A stretch of DNA of 49,770 nt from Tubiluchus corallicola. Its lineage: Eukaryota; Animalia; Priapulida. Where the stretch lies: NCBI GenBank assembly GCA_030141605.1, contig JAQGDQ010001284.1, positions 1-49,770 on the forward strand, given 5' to 3'. The notes under the pieces are model-generated. The model did no database searches, was not told the origin of the DNA, and saw only the letters and a program-made list of their open reading frames with translations. Every line of letters begins with the position of its first letter. Within the stretch, counting starts at the first letter, position 1. Positions 1 through 11,238 of the stretch are shown in pieces. A program made the position numbers and the translations under genes.

Positions 1-168
1 AGCGATCTTGTTCAATATCATCGTTGTACTACGTTCAGTTACGTATTGCTTAGGTTAAGTGGTGGATAAAAGAATGTTGAAAAGGGTAGGAAGAGTGGCT
101 TGTGGAGATTCGGCTCATGAGATGACGAAGCACTCTGGATTCTACTCAAAAAGAACACAAAGTTGTGA

Positions 169-510
169 CTGTTGTGTCACACAGGAACAGTAGGTGGTTA
201 TCAAGACTAGTTTATATAAGAAGCAAACAGATATCGTTTAACTGACGTTTTAAAGTGGTAAATGTTACACTGGTACTTTACATTGGGTGGTAGTGAGTTC
301 CAAAGTTTAGGTCCGCTGTTGTGTCACACAGGAACAGTAGGTGGTTATCAAGACTAGTTTATATAAGAAGCAAACAGATATCGTTTAACTGACGTTTTAA
401 AGCGGTAAATGTTACACTGGTACTTTACATTGGGTGGTAGTGAGTTGCAAAGTTTAGGTCCACTATGGCTAATGAAATGTTTTGCTATATTGGTTCTGCA
501 GAGTAGTGAA
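169..510 (-). mobile_element. 3' end of non-LTR retrotransposon (CR1/L2-type LINE) ORF2, with an internal 147-bp tandem duplication (169-314 / 316-461)
   Basis: Minus strand reads LCRTNIAKHFISHSGPKL(C/W)NSLPPNVKYQCNIY(R/H)FKTSVKRYLFASYIN*. This is the GPxLWNxLP...FK...K.YL terminal motif of CR1/L2-group RT ORFs. Same family motif as at 32712-32936. Confidence 0.7.
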
Positions 511-631
511 GATGATGAAGTTTGTGAAATGGATGGAAAGTGAAAAAATTAAGGATTGAATAATTTTCTGTTAGACAAGTTGAGGGACAATCTAGTCAAG
601 AACAGCAGAAATTGCAGAAATATGATTATTG

Positions 632-733
632 AAATATATATGAAATATTGAATATATTGGATATATGAAATATTGAATATATTGAATATATGAAATATTG
701 AATATATTGAATGTATTGAATATATGAAATATT
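632..733. repeat. Low-complexity AT-rich tandem repeat (aatatatga/aatattg units)
   Basis: Directly visible repeated aaatattgaatatattg. Confidence 0.7.
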
Positions 734-1382
734 GTAGCAATTCTTCGGGGTATAGTTTGGACCGTGGGAGGAGTTGACTGTTGAGGAGGGGGGGGGGGCG
801 CTAAAAATCTTTCTGCCTAGGGCGTCAAACTACCCACAGCCGGCCCTGAACTGATGTGATTCACTTCTCTAATTATTTGTTTACTTCTCTTATTTGTGAC
901 AAAAGTTTGTTCCTAAAGTTTGTGTAATTACGAAAAATTTAGAAAATTTATGTTTCATCGGATGCATTCCGAGAGGGGACCCAAGATCGTTGTCGTTGCT
1001 GTCGTGGCCACAAACAGAAATTGTTGTGCATGTTGTGTTTCTTGTTGGATAGAGTGGCGTAGCTAATAGGGGCGCAAGGGGAGCAAGTACTCCTCAGTGC
1101 ACATTTTTTTTAAAGTTTGCATTTTTTCAATAACCTGTCTTATTACTTTGTTTGACCAAACCTGCATCCCGTGTTTTTGAAATGAGGGTGCGTTTTGCCC
1201 CAAATCTAATTATTATATTTATTATATATGATACCTCCTCCCCTAATGCATCAGATAACCAGAATCAGTGCAGTGCATGAAACTGAACAGCACAGGCATT
1301 AAACCAGGCGGTCACCCATCCATTCACAGACGAGCCCCAACAGTGCTTAATCTCGAACGTTATATTCGTTTTCATTAAACAG

Positions 1383-1534
1383 AAAGTAGCAGCCGTGGAA
1401 GAGGCAGACAGGCAACAACTGATCGAGGAGTACTCCGAGCATCTAAAGAACCAGATCAACCCTAAAAACCTAAACAGATACGTGCAGTCGTTCCTGAATC
1501 GGACCGAGATCGCTTCACAGCTGAAGAATATGCA
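1383..1534 (+). CDS. NDRG-like exon: KVAAVEEADRQQLIEEYSEHLKNQINPKNLNRYVQSFLNRTEIASQLKNM(Q)
   Basis: Acceptor ttttcattaaacag; donor CA|gtgagt; open frame. Confidence 0.85.
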
Positions 1535-1769
1535 GTGAGTGTTTTCTTATGTTATTGTATCTTTCATTCAGCGTTGGCATTACGGTTAGAGTTACATATC
1601 TGAAGATATTGAGTCAATTATGCGGAGTTATTTGAGTCATATGTATTCATATGTGGTCAAAACGTTATGGTCTAACTATATAAATATATATATATATATA
1701 GTTATATTATATTAGTATATTATGTATATTAGTTAATAGTACATATTATATAGTACATATAGTTAGAGC

Positions 1770-1800
<31 letters not shown>

Positions 1801-4800
1801 TATATTTTTACATATATAAACAATGTATATATATATCGTTTATTGACCGTAAAATTTTTGTAAATAATACAGTCCATGTAAAGTTTTATTCTGTAAGAAA
1901 CATTTCGTAAGCACGAAACGTATGTAAGTTTATCAAAGTACGTGAAGCGCACTAAATAGCATAGTATATAACGTACTTTCGCAATTATTACATCAGCTGT
2001 AGGCCGAGGATGAACAGTTATACTTGGTGAATAATACAGGCGAAAATAAGTAATGCAATCATTTCAACTCGAGCCGAGAGAAAAGGTAAAAATAACAAAG
2101 AAAAGCCATAATTCTAGTGTTAGGAACTTTCAAACGCTTTAACGCTTTAACACTTCATGAATTTCTCAGCAAACCGATCACAAGTGGAGTAGCTTAACTA
2201 GCACGGGTATAGTACTATAATGTTGGCGAATACACTTTATTTTACCAGAAGAATATGGGCACATTGCTTAATCACACCTGAGTAAACCTCACTGGCCCAG
2301 GCATAGTCAAGTGATGATTAGTTCACAAGTAAGGTGCAGTTGAGTTAGTCACACATGAAAGTAATAATATACAGTTTTTCACGTTAGTGAACCGCGCTGG
2401 ACTAGGCATAGTCAAGTGATAAATACGGTCATGCTCGCAGATTCTGATTTTATTTTCAGTTTTAAGTTTTATTATTGTAATGGATTGTGTATTTGTACAC
2501 ACTGTATAATATAATACGGTGCTGCCATCTGGTTATAAGATTCTGCCTAAGCGTTTGTTATTAAGACTGTTGTTGTTTTTCCAGAGTCGACACTTTGGTG
2601 ATTGTTGGAGGTAAGGCTTCCCATCTGCACACGACGTACACGTTCCACTCACACCTTCCCATGGACAAGAGAAGTCTGCTGACCATCGACAACTGTGGCG
2701 ACGTCTTGAACGAGAACGTGAGGCTGTTTTGTTTTCTTTTGCGTATGATATGATAATTAGGGAGCTTTTTGTACTTTCAGTGTCAGGAAAGCCAAGAAAA
2801 AAGATAATTTGATAAAAATTAAGAGAAAATGATGAAGTGGGGGCGGGGCGAAAAACCAGGGAAATTGGAAAGGGTTGCAAAAATAATCACTGTGAGCCGA
2901 TATTTTTCCAAGCATATTTTTCAGGGATTCGCGTTCAAATCAAATTTTGCTATGGCAGGCTCCCAGTTTCAATTTCTGTTCCAAAAATAATGATTGGACG
3001 ACACATTATATATCTGTATATGTATGAATGTCCATACACAAAAATGTTTGAATATTTATACTGGTAATGCAATTTCTGCTTGTCTTGGAAAATCAATATT
3101 TTGAGAGGGAAAAATCATAGAAAAGTCAGGGAAATTTATTTTAAAATTCTGTGGGAACCCTGTTAGATTTGCGTATGATTATTCTGCTACTGTTTGTACT
3201 GTCCTCACACACACAATGCTCTAATGCTCTAGCAACACACTGCTTTTCTACGTCTGCATTGTTAGTAGTTTTCCGTGACCTTGCAGCGGAAAATTACCAA
3301 AATTTCTGTTCCACAAATAATGATCCATACAGAAAAATGTTGGATTGCATATACTGGTAATGCAATGCCTGCTTACTTTGGTCGTGGAAAATCAATATTC
3401 GGTCAGGAAAAAGTCATGGAAGAGTCAGGGAAATTTATTTTGAAATTCGGTGAGAACCGTGCATTGGAAATAATTCTAGAAGTGCTTCAGAGCTTTCTGA
3501 TTAACTTAACACTGGGAATCACAGTACCAGCATGTGATGTTACTGTAACTTCCACAATTATGCATTTTGTCTTTGAAATAAACTTATTTATCATTTCTGT
3601 TTTTCTTCATTTTAGCCGGACAAAGTTGCACACAGCCTTCAACTTTTCTTCCAAGGATGCGGCATCTGTAAGTTTATTTGCACTATTTTTTACGTGCAGA
3701 AAGAGAGAATACCCGAGTGGTCACGTTGTGTGCTTAGCGACCGAAGTTAGGCAATGCTGTGTCTAGTGTGTGTCCAACGGTTGCCAGTACTTATTTATGG
3801 TGTTTTGGTCTACCATGCTGCCTGCAGGTATTTACCTTTCTAAACGAGGTTGTACTTACATCTTAATGTAATTTAGACTTTGCTGGTTCCAGTGTTTCAG
3901 TTTAGGAGAGTACCGTACACTTGATACTGAGATAGGTTCCTGTTCCACCACACAACTGTCTGCATCGAGTAGGCTCAGCTGTTGAAAGCTGATTACAGGT
4001 AAAGAGCAGAAAACAGCAATTTTTCAAAGCTTTTTCCTACGCAAGTCGGTGCAGGAAAAATGTCTTAACACAGCCAAATTTGGCACCGTAACTGGTTCCA
4101 TGCTGGGCCAGTGCTGGCTGCCAGAGTCGTCGGGCCTTAATAAAGCCTTAACACAGCAAAATTTGGCACCGTAACTGGTTCCATGCTGGCTGCCAGAGTC
4201 GGGCCTTAATAAAGCCTTAACACAGCCAAATTTGGCACCGTAACTGGTTCCATGCTGGGCCAGTGCTGGCTGCCAGAGTCGTCGGGAGTTAATAAAGCCT
4301 TAACACAGCAAAATTTGGCACCGTAACTGGTTCCATGCTGGCTGCCAGAGTCGGGCCTCAATAAAGCTTTAACACAGCCAAATTTGGCACCGTGATTGGT
4401 TCCATGCTGGGCCAGTGCTGGCTGCCAGAGTCGTCGGGCCTTAATAAAGCCTTAACACAGCCAAATTTGGCACCGTAACTGGTTCCATGCTGGGCCAGTG
4501 CTGGCTGCCAGAGTCGGGCCTTAACAAAGCCTTATCACAGCCAAATTTGGCACCGTAACTGGTTCCATGCTGGGCCAGCGCTGGTTACCAGAATTGGGCC
4601 AGCAACATGTCGATGTGCAAACAGTACAAGCAGGTTACTGGCCCGATTACCGGTTTTGGCTTGTCTGTACTGGCCCATAATGGTAGTGTTTACTGGGAAG
4701 CCTGCACAGTCGAATATTCATGTATTCTCCTGCAATAGTCAATAGCTAGAAGCAGTATGACAGGTGAAACAACCCGGAAGCAGCTTTTCAGTCACCCATC

Positions 4801-5158
4801 CATTTGCTGCGATTGCTTTTAAGATGGCATTGCTGAACTTTGGACGTTTGCTTGTTAATCAAAGTGATCGTTTGACCACTTTATCATTTCCATTTCAGTG
4901 ATTTCCATCTAGTATTGCTTGCAAATAATAACCTGCATAACAGTTAATATTGTGCTGCCGTCTGTGGAGAGAAAATGCAAGACACTAAAGACAGGCGTTG
5001 CTTAACCTTTTGCAGTGTCGTCTCTAAAGACACCGGGGCAGGAAGGGGAACGATCCGCGTCGATGACAATGGGAGAGGACGGACGGATGAGAAAGATGTC
5101 CATGCAGGATTACGACAAACCTCGCAGCCAGCAGCAGCAACAGGGCGTCTCTTTTTGA
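1383..5158 (+). CDS. NDRG-family (Ndr, alpha/beta-hydrolase fold) protein, ZK1073.1-like; last 4 coding exons, 5' part outside window
   Basis: Exons 1383-1534, 2585-2717, 3616-3667 and 5016-5158 join through GT-AG introns in frame (480 nt, 159 aa + TGA). Motifs INPKNLNRYVQSFLNR, LVIVGGKASHLHT, IDNCGDVL, PDKVAHSLQLFFQGCG and MSMQDYDKP match the invertebrate NDRG/ZK1073.1 C-terminus as I recall it. Confidence 0.85.
2585..2717 (+). CDS. NDRG-like exon: VDTLVIVGGKASHLHTTYTFHSHLPMDKRSLLTIDNCGDVLNEN
   Basis: Acceptor gtttttccag; donor AAC|gtgagg; phase matches both neighbours. Confidence 0.88.
2780..3162 (+). mobile_element. MITE copy, (C/G)GGGTTCCCAC...GTGGGAACCCTG family, left end degraded
   Basis: Homologous to 5600-5994 and 42830-43182; ends gtgggaaccctg. 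Confidence 0.7.
3616..3667 (+). CDS. NDRG-like exon: PDKVAHSLQLFFQGCGI
   Basis: Acceptor cttcattttag; donor T|gtaagt; resembles the NDRG P.KLAE...F.QG.G motif. Confidence 0.88.
4064..4600. repeat. Tandem array with alternating 83/69-bp units (~7 units)
   Basis: Unit starts at 4064, 4147, 4216, 4299, 4368, 4451 and 4531. It lies in a transposon-like remnant ending gtgtttactggga near 4699. Confidence 0.9.
5016..5158 (+). CDS. NDRG-like terminal coding exon: LSSLKTPGQEGERSASMTMGEDGRMRKMSMQDYDKPRSQQQQQGVSF*
   Basis: Acceptor ctttttgcag; phase 1 fits the previous exon; TGA at 5156-5158. Confidence 0.82.
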
Positions 5159-5599
5159 GTGGGGGCGGTCATGAAACTTTAACAAAAATTTTTTGAAAAA
5201 ATGTGAGCCTGTAGTGTAATTGCCTGATGCGGTTACCGCACCAAAAATGCCTGGTTACTTTTTACTCCGATATTCATTGCGAGTGAATATCATAACCTGC
5301 GTCGATAATGAATGTAGATTATATAATTCACTTTGCTGAATATTGTGGTTGTCTTGCATTCCTGTAGCACTCGGCGTTGCAAGTATATTTAGGTAATTGT
5401 TTCAGATTGTTTCACTCTTGGCAATCTAAGATATACCAAGTACAAGCTGTTGTCTAATTGTTAAACTGTTTTTTAAAAATGTTATTCTCAAACATTGCAG
5501 TTGCAACGTGCTATTAAAGTTAGGAGCGTTTTTAGGCGTGCTTTTTTAATCGAATTTTGTAATAATGTTCATGCAGTTTTATGCATATCTGCTTGCATC

Positions 5600-5994
5600 C
5601 GGGGTTCCCACGGTCAGGGAAAATCCTTGAAAATACACGCTATCCTGGAAAGTCATGGAAAAAGATAATTTGGTAAAAAGTCAGGGGAAAATGATGAAAA
5701 TCGGGCGAAAAATTAGGGAAATTTTAAAGGGTTGCAAAAATGATCACCGTGAACTGATATTTTTCAGCGATTCGTGTTCAAATAAAATTTTGCTACGGCA
5801 GGCTCCCAGTTTCAATTTCTGTTCCAAAAATAATGATTGGCCGACACGTTATGTATCAGTATATGTATGAATGTCCGTACACAAAAATGTTTGAATATTT
5901 ATACTGGTAATGCAATTTCTGCTTGTCTTGAAAAATCAATATTTTGTCAGGGAAAAGTCAGGGAAATTTATTTTAAAATTCTGTGGGAACCCTG
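5600..5994 (+). mobile_element. MITE, hAT-like ends
   Basis: TIRs cggggttcccac / gtgggaaccctg; multiple homologous copies in the window; no convincing TSD. Confidence 0.75.
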
Positions 5995-6379
5995 TTACAT
6001 TTGCATATGATTATTCTGCTACTGTTTGTACTGTCCTCACACAATGCTGTAATGCTCTAGCAACACACTGCTTTCTACGTCTGCATTGTTAGTAGTCTTC
6101 TGGGACTTCGCAGTGGAAAATTACCAAAATTTTTTCAAGCAAAGCGTGTAATGTGCTAAATTATGAATGTATTTAGGGTAGTCTATTGGGACCAGGGTCT
6201 TCTGATGTATAAGTCATAAATTATGTTCCTAGAGAAAGATAGGTAAATGATAATTAGTACCAAGTGCGAGTTACTAATCACAGTATTTTAGATTTATGAT
6301 AATAACATATTGAATAAGATATTTTATGACTGAGTGTCGTAGTTATTTCCAAGAATTCGAGTGCATTCCTTTAAGATAT

Positions 6380-6926
6380 GCCTCCATGTGCGCGTAATGC
6401 GTGAGCCGTATTCATTCGAACGTGATCGCTATCGTCCGAATTCGCATCGTGTGGCAAAGCGCAGACGGGTGACCATCATTAGGTGATTATAGCGAGTTTA
6501 AACGTTTACGGTGACCATTTTTGCTGTTTTAGCTCTCTGAAAATTCTAGGTAGGTGAGTTTTGGTCACTTTTTGACCCATAAACAATAATATTTTTGCTA
6601 TTTGAGAGGTGGAAGAAGCATGTAGTTACGTGTTGTGTGTCTAACGGCAGTTTTTTCACTAAATGATACCTGCCGAATTGTTCTCTCCCCTGCAAAATGT
6701 TGTGTACCCAAAACCCGTGCTTTCTTTTCTGTCTGATAGTCCAATAATGAGCTAATGCTGCAGCTGTAATTGTCGCGCTTAAATTTCGACAGTTTCCAAA
6801 AATTATTGCTTGCAATTTTCGCGACCAAAAATGGCGGTAAGAGCGTTGTGAGCTTTGTCGATACGCAGCGTTTACGGACACGTGGAAACAGCCAATATGC
6901 ATCACGCATTACGTGCACATGGAGCT
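6380..6926 (-). mobile_element. PIF/Harbinger-like non-autonomous element with transposase N-terminal remnant
   Basis: Inverted ends cctccatgtgcgcgtaatgcgtga / tcacgcattacgtgcacatggagc. Internal minus-strand peptide RKHGFWVHNILQGREQFG..HLVKKLPLD resembles the WVHP..R..G.FH.LV.EL..D motif of Harbinger transposases. Confidence 0.6.
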
Positions 6927-7263
6927 TAAACTGCAAGTGCATTTTTGTATTTGTTGCTGCCAGGTGTCACTAGTGTACACATATTGCATTACTAGTGTCA
7001 TTAATGTAGATTTTGTCAACAGCCGTTGACGGTAGACGTTACTGTACACATGCTCCTTCATATAATTCTAATGCTGTATAATGTGGGTAGTTCTGCTAGG
7101 AGCAGAAAAAGATATTGTGTTTAATCAGGGCTTGAACTCTATGACTTGAAGAAAGCCGATTTTCATTTGACTACTATAGGCCGAGCATTGAACACTCGAA
7201 TTCGATTCGAGCCAGTTTTTTTAATTCTAATTCGATTTGAACCTAAAATTAAGGATTAGAATA

Positions 7264-7706
7264 CCGTATTTTCCCGTGTATAAGAGACCCCTTCAATTTT
7301 TAGGCAAAAATTCTGGAAAAAAGTTTTTTGGTAATGAATAACTTTATTCATCATAGAAATCATTAAATTCCTCATCACTCTCATCAAAAATATCAACTGG
7401 AGTCAGACCTTCAGCAATTCCAACCAGTTCATCATCAGAGGAGTCACTCTGCTCAAAAATGGCATTGTCCTCTGTGCCGTCCATGGCATTGGAGATGCCA
7501 CACTTCTTGAAAGATTTAATAATGACCTCTGGCTTTACACCATTCCATGCCTTGAGGCACTTGTAGAGCACTTATTTCTTTAAAATCATTAGTGTCACAA
7601 TTTATGCATCTTATTGAAAAGACTTACTCCCATGTATAAGAGACCCCCTATTTTTAAAGTGAAAATTCTGAGCAAAAAAGGGTCTCTTATACACGGGAAA
7701 ATACGG
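7264..7706 (-). mobile_element. pogo/Tigger non-autonomous element with transposase C-terminal remnant
   Basis: Perfect TIRs ccgtattttcccgtgtataagagaccc / gggtctcttatacacgggaaaatacgg; TA TSD on both sides. Internal ORF AWNGVKPEVIIKSFKKCGISNAMDGTEDNAIF is a typical pogo DDE C-terminus. Confidence 0.92.
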
Positions 7707-7855
7707 TATATCGACACTTCAACTGTCATTAAATTTTTACTATATTATATTTTTTATCATTAAAACATTTTAAGCGCCGTGCAATCAGCACAATTTAGCG
7801 CGATTTCTATGCATAATTATTAAACAAATTATGTTTCACTGCTCTTTCTTCCTTT

Positions 7856-7929
7856 GGCTATAAGGGACATCGGATATAAGAGACGATTTTTTCCAGTCCG
7901 GAGGCGTCCCTCATATCCGAGGTTGACTG
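7856..7929 (+). mobile_element. Right-end fragment of the Tigger-like MITE family seen at 21837-22737
   Basis: ggctataagggac...tccgaggttgactg|ta closely matches 22680-22739. Confidence 0.7.
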
Positions 7930-8156
7930 TAGGTCCATGTCAACTGCAGAACGAAATCCAGCAGTACACGTGATCTTTGCGAAACTTCTCTTTACTTATG
8001 ATTCGAACATCTTTAAAACTAAATTCAAACTCGATTTGGATTGGAAATCTTGAAATTTGTTTTGATTCGAGTCATAAAGTCAAAAATTCGATTCGAAGTC
8101 ACTATCTGACAAGGAAGGATCGCTCCACTACTGAAAAATCCACTAGTAGCGTTTCC

Positions 8157-8236
8157 TGCTAGCTTGTACTGCACAGCGTCAGCATTGCAAGCCGAATGTT
8201 CCTGGTTCAAGTCCCGAATTAGAACAACTTTTTTTT
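8157..8236 (+). repeat. Degenerate tRNA-like / SINE head
   Basis: B-box-like ggttcaagtcc followed by a T-run; stems do not close, so it is not a tRNA gene. Confidence 0.35.
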
Positions 8237-8950
8237 GTATAAGCTTGTTAAAAACTTACGCCCAGTCCTCATCGTTTCATTTCTAATTTTTCGACAAATC
8301 TGTTTTAAAGTAAAATTGTTTGAGAAATGTTTTAAAATACTTGCATTTTGAGCATGTAGGTCACAGTTCTTTGTTTACAGTCATCCTAATTGTGTTGTTA
8401 CTTATATGGTAGCAAGTGATGATTTGTTATGCTTTTAAACAATGATGATATAATAAACCTTTGGTACACGGAAGATTATAGTTGGATTATGAGTTTGTTT
8501 CTTCTTATAGTTGCGTTAATAAATTAGGTGTTCACCACTTACAGCATGAGCTGCAAAGCTTTGCACCAGCAGGGCCTATTTCAGTCTCAGCGAGTTATTT
8601 GAGTCACAGCATAATGAAAGCAGGTTAGAGTACAAAGGTTTTCATTCACTTTATATTTTAGTCACTTCATATTTTCTTTTTCCTTTCCGACTAAACTTTA
8701 GTTTTTGGCTAAAGATTATATAATGCGAGTTGGTCATGCAGTACCACCACAGCAAGTGATAAAATTAGGGTCACCATATTGTCTGAGTTGAAAAAGAGGA
8801 CACTTTTTCACACACTTGTAAGTAGGCAAAAATGACCAGTCTAGCGTCTATTAAAACAATGCAAAATAAAATGCAAATTATACAAATAGGCCTACATGTA
8901 TTCTAATAGCAATACCAAATGGCTAAACTGCAAAAAACATTAACACACTA

Positions 8951-10250
8951 CAACTGTCAGTCGCCTGCTTCTTCTTGGCTCTTAGAAACAGTTACGCTTG
9001 AACTTGACTGAGTCTGAGGCTGAGATCAAGAATACTTTTCCTGCAACTGTCAGTCGCCTGCTTCTTCTTGGCTCTCAGAAACAGTTACCCTTGAACTTGA
9101 CTGAGCCCGAGGCTGAGACCAAGAATACTTTTCCTGCAACTGTCAGTCGCCTGCTTCTTCTTGGCTCTCAGAAACAGCTACGCTTGAACTTGACTGGGCC
9201 CGAGGTTGAGACCAAGAATACTTTTCCTGCAACTGTCAGTCGCCTGCTTCTTCTTTGCTCTCAGAGACAGTTACGCTTGAACTTGACTGAGCCCGAGGTT
9301 GAGACCAAGAATACTTTTCCTGCAACTGTCAGTTGCCTGCCTCTTCTTGGCTCTCAGAAACAGTTACCCTTGAACTTGACCGAGCCCGAGGTTGAGACCA
9401 AGAATACTTTTCCTGCAACTGTCAGTTGCCTGCTTCTTCTTGGCTCTCAGAAACAGTTACGCTTGAACTTGACTGAGCCCGAGGCTGAGACCAAGAATAC
9501 TTTTCCTGCAACTGTCAGTTGCCTGCTTCTTCTTGGCTCTCAGAAACAGCTACGCTTGAACTTGACTGAGCCCGAGGCTGAGACCAAGAATACTTTTCCT
9601 GCAACTGTCAGTCGCCTGCTTCTTCTTGGCTCTCAGAAACAGCTACGCTTGAACTTGACTGAGCCCGAGGCTGAGACCAAGAATACTTTTCCTGCAACTG
9701 TCAGTCACCTGGGTCTTCTTGGCTCTTAGAAACAGCTACGCTTGAACTTGACTGAGCCCGAGGCTGAGACCAAGAATACTTTTCCTGCAACTGTCAGTCG
9801 CCTGCTTCTTCTTGGCTCTTAGAAACAGCTACGCTTGAACTTGACTGAGCCCGAGGCTGAGACCAAGAATACTTTTCCTGCAACTGTCAGTCGCCTGCTT
9901 CTTCTTGGCTCTCAGAAACAGCTACGCTTGAACTTGACTGAGCCCGAGGCTGAGACCAAGAATACTTTTCCTGCAACTGTCAGTCGCCTGCGTCTTCTTG
10001 GCTCTCAGAAACAGTTACACTTGAACTTGACTGAGCCCGAGGTTGAGACCAAGAATACTTTTCCTGCAACTGTCAGTCGCCTGCTTCTTCTTGGCTCTCA
10101 GAAACAGCTACGCTTGAACTTGACTGAGCCCGAGGCTGAGACCAAGAATACTTTTCCTGCAACTGTCAGTCGCCTGCGTCTTCTTGGCTCTCAGAAACAG
10201 TTACACTTGAACTTGACTGAGCCCGAGGCTGAGACCAAGAATACTTTTCC
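8951..10250. repeat. 93-bp tandem array, ~14 copies
   Basis: caactgtcagtcgcc recurs at 8951, 9044 and onward; units are highly similar. Confidence 0.95.
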
Positions 10251-10525
10251 GAAGACCGAATTGCTTACAGCAATGTCGGTCGACTGCACAGATATACGTA
10301 AAAGTCTTTGCATGACAGATGTTTGAAACTTTGCTGAACAAAGAGAATTCCTTTCAAGGATTCAACATACAACTTGTTTGTTTCCTTTGTCTACTGGCTT
10401 TGCATAAGTGAAAACAGTCGTTCAATGTTAGCGTTGTGTGATGGAATCGCAAAGAAAAATTCTGCGAAGACAAGAAGTTCTGTGAAGCATTCCTCGTTCG
10501 AGCAACTGCTGAAATACTTCACCTA
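10166..10525 (-). pseudogene. hAT transposase C-terminal (dimerisation domain) remnant
   Basis: *VKYFSSCSNEECFTELLVFAEFFFAIPSHNANIERLFSLMQSQ*TKETNKLYVESLKGILFVQQSFKHLSCKDFYVYLCSRPTLL*AIRSSEKYSWSQPRAQSSSSVTVSESQEDAGD*. Contains the IPxxNAxxERxFS hallmark and in-frame stops. Confidence 0.85.
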
Positions 10526-11238
10526 GACAAACTGCAGATTTTTTTGAAAACCCGCCCGGACAGAGGCCCAAAAAGAGGACGTGTCCGGGGAAACCTGGAC
10601 GTATGGTAACCCCAGATAAAATGTAATCACTCCTAGTTTGGTGACAATTACTGAACCAATTATAAAAATCCATATTTTTATTTATTATTAGACAGATTGT
10701 TCCATTTCTGACAGCACGTTTTCTATTTTTAACGCCCATGCATAGTGCAAAGCTGTAAGTTACGATTGCAAACAATTTAAAAATTGAAAATGCAACAACG
10801 ATATTACATTATAGTGAATTTCTATTTTACAACACAAGACAAAAAAATTCAAACAGCTCCAACCGACACGAAAACCAAAAAAAATTGTGAGAATGCACCG
10901 TATTTAATTACAAAGCTGAGATAAACATAATAACGCCACCTATGTATGTAGCAAACAGATTCACTGACATTAAAAATATATTCACTAAAGAATGGACCCC
11001 AAGTAGTGAACCTATCAAAAAAAATTGTATATGTATAATGAACAAAAGCTACTATGTAGCCTAAAATTTAAGCAACATTTCTCTACAAAAATGTACATTA
11101 CGATTAAACTGCTATTGGTTTTCTTTAAGAAAAGCTTAATGGAGCAAATGTGACTTCAGTTCAAGGGACGTCAAAATGGCCGCAATCCCACCAAGTCCAT
11201 GAATGAGGATTTTTCAGAAAACCGTTGTGGGTCATTGC

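Larger units (their letters stand above)
8766..10614 (-). mobile_element. hAT non-autonomous element containing a transposase remnant and a 93-bp satellite
   Basis: TIRs TAGGGTCACCATA / TATGGTAACCCCA; perfect 8-bp TSD GATAAAAT (8758-8765, 10615-10622); internal hAT dimerisation-domain remnant. Confidence 0.9.

Noticed and set aside
4975-5196. 73-aa standalone ORF
   Set aside because: Overlaps the NDRG-like terminal exon in another frame.
8998-10326. 243- and 163-aa repeat proteins on +
   Set aside because: Antisense to the transposase remnant, start at TTG and are broken by TAG in some units; no support as genes.
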